Positions 37,583 through 47,800 of a stretch of DNA of 64,000 nt are shown here, piece by piece (the stretch's first letter is position 1; every line of letters begins with the position of its first letter). Source of the DNA: a virus; IMG/VR virus record IMGVR_UViG_3300036884_000495, positions 32,001 to 96,000 of that record, one strand, 5' to 3'. The translations under genes and the position numbers were made by a program. The notes under the pieces are model-generated. The model did not search any database. It saw only the letters and a program-made list of their open reading frames with translations, and was not told the origin of the DNA.

Positions 37583-38923
37583 CTACAACGGCGGTAGTAG
37601 CGCCTGGTTTTGATCGCACACGACAACCTGCCCCCAGTGTGCTGGTTTGCGCGCATGGGATGTTCGCACGATGCACCAGACTGTTTCGAAGCCCTTGGGG
37701 GCCTTTGCCGGCGCGGGTCCGTCGCCGTCTGTGAAGACGACGACAAGGTTCGTACGTGGCAGCTTCTTCTGCACGTACTCGAAGGCGGGGATGAAGTTGG
37801 TACCACCCCGTCCGCTGTACTCGATGTGTGGCAGGTTCCGAAGGCGTACGCGTTGTACGTGGGCAACCTGTGTATCGCTCTGTATCAGCGTCACTTCGTC
37901 GATGCCAAGCTTCTGCATCAACTGGTAGGTCTCCCCGCGTGCTTGTACGAGCTGCGGCTTGTCCATCGAGGCTGACGTGTCCTCGATGACGACAACCTCG
38001 AGTCGTGTGTCTATCAACCCAGGGCCGATGTAGCCCACAAGTTGCGAGCTGACGCTCGGATTGCGCATGGAGTAGTCGGAAGCTCCGGCTACGATATGCA
38101 TGGAGCGCTGGAAGATGTGTCGCGCGACCTTGCGCCAGTTCACCTCTGGCTTCTTGTACCGGTCTTTGATCATCTCCTTGAAGCGCCCGGGCATGTCGCC
38201 GCGTGACGGTGAGGCGGCAGCCGCCTCAATAGCATCCAGCGTCTGCCTGCGGGCGCTTTCTACTTCTGCCTGAGACTTGCCGTAGGCGGCGTCTAGTTCT
38301 TGTTCGAGGGTCTCGTCGACGGCCGCACCGCCAATAGAGCCGCAGGCACCCGAACCTATTTTGGGTTCCCACTTCCCGCCTTGCGCGGAACCCTTCTTTT
38401 CTTTGTTCGACCCACTCCCGGACTTGCCCGGTTGCTGGGTGTTGTTCATCACATCCTGTAGGGTCTTCTGCTGATCGTTCTGTTGCTGTTGGAGTAGCGC
38501 GTAGTACTGCTCCAGGGTAAGCGCGCCGGGGTGCCCAAGCGCTTCTGGGTAGACCACCCAAGAAGGGAGGAACCACTTCTCATCGCGTAGGTTCCAGTTG
38601 ATCGCCTCGTCGCCAGCAACGTTGGCGCGCTGCTTGTCTGCTAGGACCTCAAGACGGTCTATGCCGCGTAGCGGGTGTTCGCATTCGTGTACGAGGCAGG
38701 AACCGATAGCTTCATCGGTTTGCATCTCGGGGTCGTTGAGCAGCCACTCGCCGTTCACGTACAGGACAAGGCCCCGTGTGACGCCCATCGTGGTCTTTGG
38801 GGCGTCTACGATTTCGACGGTCATCTCCAGCAGGGTGCTGCTGTAGTAATCCGCACGCCATAGGACGTATGCACGCCCCATGGAAAGGCGCGCCAGCGCG
38901 CGCCTGACAATGTCGCGACTCAC
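37583..38923 (-). CDS. Metallopeptidase-like plus vWA domain protein (DUF2201-type)
   Basis: HECEH zincin motif, NVAGDEAIN, a low-complexity linker, MIDAS DTSASM, GRGGT.F and FTDG. Confidence 0.88.
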   Translation of the reverse strand: MSRDIVRRALARLSMGRAYVLWRADYYSSTLLEMTVEIVDAPKTTMGVTRGLVLYVNGEWLLNDPEMQTDEAIGSCLVHECEHPLRGIDRLEVLADKQRANVAGDEAINWNLRDEKWFLPSWVVYPEALGHPGALTLEQYYALLQQQQNDQQKTLQDVMNNTQQPGKSGSGSNKEKKGSAQGGKWEPKIGSGACGSIGGAAVDETLEQELDAAYGKSQAEVESARRQTLDAIEAAAASPSRGDMPGRFKEMIKDRYKKPEVNWRKVARHIFQRSMHIVAGASDYSMRNPSVSSQLVGYIGPGLIDTRLEVVVIEDTSASMDKPQLVQARGETYQLMQKLGIDEVTLIQSDTQVAHVQRVRLRNLPHIEYSGRGGTNFIPAFEYVQKKLPRTNLVVVFTDGDGPAPAKAPKGFETVWCIVRTSHARKPAHWGQVVVCDQNQALLPPL

Positions 38924-40149
38924 GCCACGAACCTTGTCATCTTCATTACGTTTAGCTTGGCGCAGATATCCATGCAGAGTTCTTCTACTCGGCTATCTGG
39001 GTGCTGCAGGTTGAAGCCCGCATACAGGAGCGTCTTCAGCGGTTTCATTGCGATGTCGGCATAGCCGACGTTCACCACGCGCAGGAGCAGTTCATAGCAG
39101 CGGATAGCGAGGTCAAGCCGTTCTTGTTCTGGAGCTTGCGTGGCATAGGTTGCGCACGAGGGTAGAACAACGTGCAAGATATCCAGCTGCTTGGGGATAG
39201 GCCATTCTGTCGCGTGAAGGACGTCGCGAGGATGCGGCAGGTTGAACTTCTTGACGAAGGTTGCCCACTCTGCGGCGATGCCCTTACCTACAAGGCCCGC
39301 CACAACGTCTGTTTGTACGGTTTGATCGAAGCCTAGGCAACGGGCGGTAGTGACGCCGTTGATAGCTTGGTGCCAGGTGCGTGGAGAGGGCCACGCCTTC
39401 GATGCGCGCGGGTCGCCGGATTCCGGCTGATCGAAGAACTTCGAGTGCGTCTGCTCCTTTCCATCCTCGTCTTTTTCGATGATGACCCCACCCGCCGCCT
39501 CGAGGAACATACCCGTCAGCGCTAGTACGGCGCCATAGTGTGCACGCCATTGATCCTTAACGATACTTTCTGCATCGAGTGCGTTTGGCACGCCGGGGTC
39601 ATCGAGATCTGCCATGTACTCCATCCACTGCCGCAACGTGGGCGGCGGGTAGTCGAAGTGGCACACGCGGTTTGCCATGGGCGTCTCGAGGTCGCGACCA
39701 TTGGCGGCAACATCAGCCGGGTTCATTGCGAGGATGATGCGTACGCCAGGAGGAAGAACGTACTCACCGATGGTGCGTTCATTCACGAACGATAATAAAG
39801 CCGCCTGGGTGGCAGGCGACGCAGAAGAGATTTCATCCAAGTAGAGGACAGACTTCTCGGCATCGATGGCGGAGCGTACTTGCTGTAGCGCGCACTCGAG
39901 TGAGAAGCCGTTTGGACCCATCACAGGGAAGCCACCAATATGCTCGGGCGCTTTGGTAGCTACGAAAATAGGGAAGATAGGCAGCCCCATCAGCCTACTT
40001 AGCTGGCGAATACGTGCGCTCTTTGCGATACCAGACCCTCCGATGACATTGAGGTTGATGCCCCAAGGGGTGGGCTGCATAGGGGCGCCAGGGCCATTGC
40101 CCAGAGGCGTGCTCAGACAAACGACGGCTATTGATTCGAAACGATCCAT
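38920..40149 (-). CDS. MoxR-like AAA+ ATPase
   Basis: GGSGIAKS, LYLDEIS, Q-AALL, AMNP, MANRVCH and PSPRTW. Coupled to the vWA gene. Confidence 0.88.
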   Translation of the reverse strand: MDRFESIAVVCLSTPLGNGPGAPMQPTPWGINLNVIGGSGIAKSARIRQLSRLMGLPIFPIFVATKAPEHIGGFPVMGPNGFSLECALQQVRSAIDAEKSVLYLDEISSASPATQAALLSFVNERTIGEYVLPPGVRIILAMNPADVAANGRDLETPMANRVCHFDYPPPTLRQWMEYMADLDDPGVPNALDAESIVKDQWRAHYGAVLALTGMFLEAAGGVIIEKDEDGKEQTHSKFFDQPESGDPRASKAWPSPRTWHQAINGVTTARCLGFDQTVQTDVVAGLVGKGIAAEWATFVKKFNLPHPRDVLHATEWPIPKQLDILHVVLPSCATYATQAPEQERLDLAIRCYELLLRVVNVGYADIAMKPLKTLLYAGFNLQHPDSRVEELCMDICAKLNVMKMTRFVA

Positions 40150-40151
40150 AA

Positions 40152-40472
40152 CTACTTTCCTTCAGCAAAAGCACGGACCTCAGCGCAATGTTCTGCACTG
40201 AGAGCCGTGACAACACGCCCATCTTTTATGAGCAGGTAGCCCTCTTTCCCACCCAGGGAAAAGGGTACGTGTAAGCCGCCGGGTGCGTGCACCGCGGTGT
40301 GCGCCTGTTCAGCGGCTTCGATAGCCATAGCTATTTGTTCGACAAGCGCCCTCTCGCCAAGTGAAGAAGCGCCTGGCCAGCGCTCCTTCACTCGCGAGAG
40401 TGTGTGTGGGGTGACGTAGTGTTTACCCAGACCCATGCCCGTCCTCAAGATGCTGCCAAGTAATCTTCTCAA
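40152..40472 (-). CDS. Hypothetical protein (start may be 40436)
   Basis: Short ORF in operon with the motif VTPHTLSRVKERW. Confidence 0.55.
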   Translation of the reverse strand: MRRLLGSILRTGMGLGKHYVTPHTLSRVKERWPGASSLGERALVEQIAMAIEAAEQAHTAVHAPGGLHVPFSLGGKEGYLLIKDGRVVTALSAEHCAEVRAFAEGK

Positions 40473-40944
40473 TGAGATGGTCTGTGATTACGTGTGTACA
40501 CTCCATGCAGTACATGCCTACAGGCGTGCCACGGATTGGGTCCCACTCTAGGGCCGGAGCACCACTGGGCGCTCTGTCCGAGAGAACAAGTACGCCTTGT
40601 TCGGCGGTGCTGACGCATTCCTCATAGTCAATAGGCGCTCTGCAGACGTCGCAGTACGCGACACACGCGGCCCCGCCTTCTACGAAAGGCACGTCCTTCT
40701 GCTCCCGTGCGTCCCGCAGGTCTCTCTCCGCGTCCTCCCAGCACTGTTCATGGATCCAGTGGGGTGCCCACAAACGCACCCCTTTGCTGGTCAGGATATC
40801 GTTCAGAATGAGCACGCCGTCATACCTTGTGGCTTCCTTTATCTGGTAAATCACAAGAGGCACGTGTCCGCACAAGATCTCCTCACAGCGCACGCACTGG
40901 AGGCTGTTGCCGTAAATAGCCCGAGTAACTAACGCCTCCTGCAC
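40423..40944 (-). CDS. Cys-rich hypothetical protein
   Basis: CVRC, HEQC, CDVC and CMEC. Likely GTG start overlapping the upstream stop. Confidence 0.55.
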   Translation of the reverse strand: MQEALVTRAIYGNSLQCVRCEEILCGHVPLVIYQIKEATRYDGVLILNDILTSKGVRLWAPHWIHEQCWEDAERDLRDAREQKDVPFVEGGAACVAYCDVCRAPIDYEECVSTAEQGVLVLSDRAPSGAPALEWDPIRGTPVGMYCMECTHVITDHLIEKITWQHLEDGHGSG

Positions 40945-41543
40945 TAGTTCGGATAGCCGACTTGTGGTAGTTGTTCCCAATCGATTTGCTCCTTGTGGTA
41001 CTGCGACCACCGTCTGCACATTGTTGTAAAGCGCGAGTCTGGTCCGAGCCGTGTCTCCGGCGCGACGTCCTCCACCATCTTTTCTAGAAGCAGGAAGTCC
41101 CTGCCGTCCGTGTGTACGTAGCGCGGGATATCCAACGGAGGTAACGGGTTGTACCAGTACCACCCGTTGTCCGCCCACCGGTAGGTAAGCTCCCGCAGAT
41201 ACAAGTCGTCTTCCAGGTCTTCCTCATCGACACGTAGTCCTTCCCAGCCAGCGTTGTAATCCCCTATCTCTGGGTAAGATTTCATCGTCGGTTCGTGAAG
41301 CGCGCCAGGCTTCACTTGTCCGCGCAGCAGATCAAAGTCGCGGGTGCTCAGAAAGGTCACGACGCCGCGGTCGTCGAAAGCTCGAAGGCGTATAGACTGT
41401 GTGTCTTTCGTGGGGCACAGTTCGTAGTTCACCTTCCAGATACGGTTCTTCTTTATGGGATCGGGGAACACTTTACCCACGTACCCAGACGCGTAGAGGA
41501 GCATCCGCGTTCCCGGATGCACCTCGAGATTACCGAGTGCCAT
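40944..41543 (-). CDS. Hypothetical protein
   Basis: ORF-track entry 40944..41609, with the start uncertain (MALGNL at 41543). Confidence 0.55.
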   Translation of the reverse strand: MALGNLEVHPGTRMLLYASGYVGKVFPDPIKKNRIWKVNYELCPTKDTQSIRLRAFDDRGVVTFLSTRDFDLLRGQVKPGALHEPTMKSYPEIGDYNAGWEGLRVDEEDLEDDLYLRELTYRWADNGWYWYNPLPPLDIPRYVHTDGRDFLLLEKMVEDVAPETRLGPDSRFTTMCRRWSQYHKEQIDWEQLPQVGYPN

Positions 41544-41636
41544 GGGCGGCCCCCTGTGGTGAAGAGCGTACGTAGTCCATGCACCACCAGGCGATTCCCT
41601 GGAGCACACCGACTACGAGCCCGATTAGGAAGAAGC

Positions 41637-41747
41637 TCACTGCTTCTCGGTCTCCTCGTCCTGCTCTTGCGGCGAAGGCTCGTCCTGTGTGGCATCTGCA
41701 TCGAATGTCATGTACAAGTCTGCTACGGCATCTGCGAACGTGGGCAT
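41637..41747 (-). CDS. 36-aa acidic micro-protein (not in the ORF track)
   Basis: ACAGGAGAACACA-ATG, translating to MPTFADAVADLYMTFDADATQDEPSPQEQDEETEKQ*. First ORF after a GGCATAA motif. Confidence 0.55.
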   Translation of the reverse strand: MPTFADAVADLYMTFDADATQDEPSPQEQDEETEKQ

Positions 41748-41816
41748 TGTGTTCTCCTGTGGAATAGATTGCGTGTGGTGTCCGTCATTATTGTTATGCC
41801 TGCTACGTGGTCTTTC

Positions 41817-41845
41817 TTGTAGATAGAACCCTATCGAGGTACGCT
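41817..41845 (+). promoter_or_regulatory. Sigma70-like promoter for the RNA polymerase gene (probably leaderless mRNA)
   Basis: TTGTAG-17 nt-TACGCT, ending 8 nt before ATG 41854, with no Shine-Dalgarno in between. Confidence 0.5.
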
Positions 41846-41853
41846 ATGCAGAC

Positions 41854-44800
41854 ATGGCCTATCTGGACCCAAAGCAGGCGTTTGCGGATCTGAAGACTAA
41901 CGTTCTTGAGGGGCTCGAGGCACACTTCCCGATTACCGGTACGAAGCAGAGCGTGCACCTCGAGGGGCTTGATGTGCGCGAGAACAAGCACGATGTGGGC
42001 GACCTGCAGGCGCAGCACCAGACGAAACTTGACGGGGGTTCGTGGGGCGCTCCGGTGTACGGCACGCTGGCCCTGAAGAACAACGAGACGGGGGCCGTCA
42101 TAGATCGCAAGACGATCAAGTTGGCTGACCTGCCGCAGATGACGCAACGACACAGCTATATCGTGGACGGGCAGGAGTACCAAGTCGACAGCCAGTGGCG
42201 CCTGAAGCAGGGTGCGTATACCCGCCGGCGAGATAATGGGCAGTTGGAGACGCAGTTCAACACCCTTGGCAAGAAGGGATTCGACATCACGTTCAACCCA
42301 GAGAACAAAGTGTTCTCCATGACCCGGGGGTCTTCTGAGAACATCCCGGTGTACACGCTAATGAAACACCTTGGGGTAGACGACACCTCCTTGGAGAAGT
42401 CCTGGGGCAAGGACATACTCGATGCGAATAAGAGCGCACGCGGCGTGAACACGGCCCTCGATCGCTTCTACAAGGCGGATAAGAAGAGGGCGCCCGCGAC
42501 GCCAGACGAAGCAAAGCAGCACTTCATCGACTCCATGCTGGGGGCAAAGCTGCGCCCGGACTCCACAGAGATCACGCTAGGAAAGCCGTATACGCACGTG
42601 AACGGGGACGTGTTCCATGCCGCTACGACGAAGATGATCGGCGTGCAGCGCGGCGACATCCCAGAGGACCAGCGAGACAGCTTGGTGTTCAAAGACCTGC
42701 GCACGGTGGCTGACATCGCGAAGGATCAACTGACAAACTTCAATACGGTGTCCGCGATGAAGAAGCGCGTAGGGCGCAAGATCAATACGGCGACGAGCGT
42801 CCGCGAAGTCGTGCGCAGTGACATGCTCTCGGCACCTGTTCGGTCCGCCTTCACGGGCAACTCCCTCTCACGCGTCGCAGACCAAGTGAATCCCGTGGAG
42901 ATGATCACCTCCAGCTTCCAGACCACCATCACAGGCCCCGGCGGCATTCAAAGCGACCATCAGATCAGCGAGACGGCAAAGTTGATCTCACCCAGCCACA
43001 TCGGGTTTCTTGACCCTGCCCACACCCCGGAAGGGTGCTTCGATGAGTGTACGGAGGTTTTCACGTCTAGTGGCTGGGTGCCCTGGCCCTCGGTTACGCA
43101 AGCTACGTACTTCGCCTGTCTCGTAGATGATCGCTTGGAATTCCACCTCTCGTCGGAACTACAGGACTACGAATACTCCGGCAGGATGTACGGTTTACGT
43201 AAACCGGGCTTTGAGTACCTTGTGACGCCTAACCATCGTATGCTTTGCAGGCCCTTGGATGACGGCACTGTTTACCGTGTCGTGCGCGCTGACGAGATGC
43301 ATGAAAAACCACGCTTCTTCAAAGCAGGACATGAGCCGTACGTTGGGCAGAATGCTGCGCGCTACGCGCTGCCATACGTGCCCGGTAATAACAGCAGCAA
43401 GAATGTAGCGGACGTCGACTTCGGGGACTGGGCCGAGTTCGTAGGGTGGTTTTTGTCAGAAGGCAGCTGTCGCTACGAGGAGAGCAGCAGTGCGTATATG
43501 ATAAAAGTGTTTCAGAGCGAGATCAACACCGCTTGCTGCCGTCGTATTGAGGCCCTGTTAGACCGCCTAGGCTTTACGTGGTGCCTGTCTGAAAGAGAAC
43601 ACGGACGAAACGTCTACACGGTCGCCACTAAGCAACTCGCATGGTACATGCGGCAGCTGGGTACAGGCCCCTTCGACAAGCATATGCTTCCAGAGATGCA
43701 TGACTGGCCGGTGCACGCGCGCTACCGCTTGATGGAGTCGCTGATGCTCGGCGATGGCCGTCTAAACCACACGCATAAAAAGGCTAAGCAGCAAGGCTAC
43801 GCGTACACCACAACGAGCCCCGCACTCGCCCTAGACGTCGAGCGTGTGATCATATCGTTAGGCTGGGCGGCGCACATTTGTCGCTATGAAGACAAGCGCG
43901 AAGAACGCTACAAGGACGTTTACGAGGTACGGCTTCTTCTACATAAGGAGTCGTCAACAAGAATGAGCTCGAGACGTCGTGGGGAGTGCCCCTATTACAC
44001 GCTCGATTACAGCGGACGGGTGTACTGCGCCACGGTACCTGGGTCGTTTTTGTACGTGCGTAGAAACGGCAAGCACCCCATCTGGCTCGGCAACAGTAAG
44101 ACGGGAGTAACCTCCCATTTACCGCTATTCGTGACTAAAGAGGGGAACAGGCCAATGATTCCTGTCTTCAACCTCAAGACGCAGCAGATGGATCGCATCG
44201 ACCCTGTGACCTTCCACAACTCGAAGGTGGTGATGCCTGACCAGGTAACTTGGGACAAGAACAAGCCTACGGCGGTGGCGAATACGATTACCATCTCAAG
44301 CAAGGGCAATGAGCTGGCCGACGGTACGCTAAAGGGGTCGGACTACGTGATGCGCCACCCCAGTCAGCTATTCAGCCTGACCACAAACCTAATCCCCTTC
44401 TTGAACAACAACTCGGGCAACCGCGTAAGCTACGCAACCCACCACATCGAACAGGCGATCAGCCTTCACGATCGCGATGCGCCGCTTGTGCAGGTGGGCA
44501 CGGGCCGCCAAGACGGCATCAAGACCTTCGAGGATCTTGTGGGCAGGCAGTCTGCGCACACCTCGCCTACCGCCGGCACAGTCACCGCCATCACCGCCAA
44601 CCACATCATGGTGACGGGTAAGGATGGCGAGAAGAAGATAGGCATCTACAACAACTTCCCCCTCAACGACCCGAAGTCGGTGCTTCACAGCACGCCGGTG
44701 GTGAAGGTGGGCGACCAAGTAACCGCAGGGCAGCTCGTCGCCGATAACAACTTCACGCGCAATGGCACTCTCGCTCTAGGGAAAAACTTGCGTGTCGCCT

Positions 44801-47800
44801 TTGTTCCGTTGAAGGGCTACAACTTCGAAGACGGCGTTGTTATCAGCGAGACCGGCGCGCAGAAGATGTCGAGCGAGCATATGCACAAGCCCTCCACTAT
44901 CCTTGGCCCTGGCACCATCACAGGCCTGGATAAGTACAAGGCGCTGCACCCTACCGGCTTCGAGAGGGATCAACTCGCGAAGCTAGGGGACGACGGTATC
45001 GTGCGCATTGGGCAGATCGTACAACCCGGGGATCCGCTCGTTGTGGCGTCGAAGCCGTATGAGTCCAAGGGGTCGATGTCCCTCTCCAGGATCCGCAAGA
45101 GTCTCAGCGCGCAGAACATGGATGCCAGCTTAGCGTGGAAGACCGACCACCCCGGCGAGGTGGTAGGCGTGCATCAGGATGACAAGGGCAACGTCACGGT
45201 CCACGTGAAGACGATTGAACCGATGCAGGTTGGGGACAAGATTGCAGGCAGGTACGGCAACAAAGGTATTATTACTGCCGTGGTACCAGACCATGAGATG
45301 CCGCATACAATCGATGACAAGGGCGTGAAGTCCCCGATTGAAATGGCGCTCAATCCCTGTTACGACGACCAGACAGAATTTCTGACGAAGCGTGGGTGGG
45401 TGCTGGGTAAAGACCTGCAAGACCATGACTTCCTGGGTACTGTGAACCCGCAGACTTTCTGCTTGGAGTACCAGCGCCCCGTAGAAGGCATCTCTAGGCA
45501 GCAGTACAAGGGAAAAATGTACTTCTTGCAGAACAGGGAGCTGGAGCTGTGTGTGACGCCTAACCACAGGAACTTTGTGGCGACACGTTGTACCGACGCT
45601 CTTGGCGTCCTTGACCTCGAGTACCTGCCGGAGGGTTTATTTAGACTAGAAGAAGCCCGTAGTCATTTCGGGAGAGCACGCAGATTCCTAAAGACCGCAC
45701 GTTGGGCGGGTGTGGACCCCGGCGTTATTGTAATTCGCGCTGGCACTCAACGACTCACCGGCCCGAAGCAGAGTAGCCTTACTATTGCATCCGCAGACTT
45801 CGCGGAATTTATGGGTTGGTACATCTCTGAGGGTTATTGCTCATACAACAAAGCTTCAGGGGCATACGGAATCAATATATGTCAGGCACGCGCGGCCAAC
45901 CCTAAGAAGCACGCAAAGATCGAGGGACTGCTTATGCGTCTTGGGCTGGCGTATACGGTCCGCGATACCGAGTTCCAGGTAAGGCACAAGGGGTTGTACG
46001 AATACCTTAGGCCGCTAGGTCTGTGCGCAGATAAGTACATTCCTGAGGATATACAGCAGCTACCCCCTGCGCTTCTGCGCATCTTCTTGGATACGTACCT
46101 AGCTGGCGACGGGAATACTAGGTATGAACCGGCACGTGGGCACTACAACACACGACGGTTCACAACAACGTCGTCTCGTCTTGTAGACGACCTGCAGATT
46201 GTGGCGCTAAAACTGGGCTTAGTAGTAAACAAGCACAAGCCTACAACCAGGAAGAACAAGCCGGGTGCTCCCTGTTTCGATAGTGCAGTAGGTTCTAGGA
46301 ACAAAGCGCCCTGGGCTAATTGGTCGGAGGATACGAAGGAGAACCAAGTAGAGGCGTGGGTCGACTACTCTGGCGTTGTCTACTGCGCGGAGGTTCCAAA
46401 CCACACGCTTGTTACACGTCGTGGGGGCACTGTAGTTGTATCTGGCAACTGTGGGATTCCAGGCCGAATGAATATGGGGCAGGTGCTGGAAACAGCCGCC
46501 GCCAAGATCGCCCATAAGACTGGGCAGACTTACATCGTGAACAACTTCGAGCACGGTGTGGATGCCTTGGACAAGGTCAAGAAAGAACTCAAGGCGCACG
46601 GCCTGTCTGACACCGAGGTATTGCACGATCCCATGAGCGGACAAGAGCTCGGACCCGCACTGGTGGGCATGCAGCACATACTCAAACTGAACTTCCAGAT
46701 CGACAAGAAGGTTTCCACGCGTTCGGGCATGCCACTTGATGGTGCCGAGGCGGAGCACTACGACGCGGATACGCTCATTCCTTCTGGCGGCGGCAAGACC
46801 GGCGGGCAGTCCATGGGTAACCTTGGGATGTATTCGATGCTGGCACATGGGGCGACCGCGAACATCCGCGAGATGCAGACGTGGAAGTCAGAAGGTGCCG
46901 ATCGCAAAGAGCGCTGGGACTCTCCCCACCACGAAATCTGGAACGCGATTCAGAACGGGGACATCCCCCCTCCGCCTAAGAAGACCTTCGCCTTTCAGAA
47001 GTTCGAGGACACGCTACGCGCCGCGGGTATCGACGTGCAGAAGAAGGGGCACCAGATGCTCCTCACGCCTCTTACCAACCAGCAGGTTCTGAAGATGTCC
47101 AAAGGGGAGCTTCCCGAACCCGGGTATGTGACCTTTGCGAAGCCCGATGCCAATGGCGAACCCACTACACGTAAGGGTGGCTTGTTCGACCCTGTCCTCA
47201 CTGGCGGGCACGGCGGAAAGAACTGGACGCACATCGCGCTCCCAGAACCCGTCCCGAACCCCGTGTTCGAGAATGCCATCCAGCGCATCACAGGGCTGAC
47301 GAAGAAAGAGTACACCGACGTCACCACCGGCGAGAAGGCTATCAGCAAGGACACTGGCAAGATCGTTCCCCTTGGCACCAAGAATGCCATCGCAGGCGGT
47401 GCAGGTATCGCGCACATCCTCGGGCAGATGGATGTGAAGGAGGAACTCGCGAAGGCGCAGAAGTCTCTCGATTCGTACAACATCCCTGACAACATCGCCC
47501 ATAGAGAGGGCACGCAGGAGATCGATAAGCGCTCGAAGAAGGTTCGCTACCTGACCGCACTCGACAACGCCGGCATCCATCCGAAGGACGCTTACGTGCT
47601 GACGAACCTGCCGGTCATTCCGCCGTTGATGCGCCCCTCATCATTCCTTCCAAGTGGAGACGTCAATCACGCGGACGTCAACCAACTCTACGCGGCGATC
47701 GGTGACATCTCCGGGGCGATGAAGGACAAGAACTACAAGTTCCTGAGTGACCACGACAAGAAGATAGACCGCGCCAACATGTACGACGGCGTGAAGGCGC

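Noticed and set aside
40150-40165. Second frameshift site at the ORF ending ...EGK* (A GGA AAG TAG)
   Set aside because: It is not a full X XXY YYZ heptamer, and the next gene has its own ATG immediately downstream.
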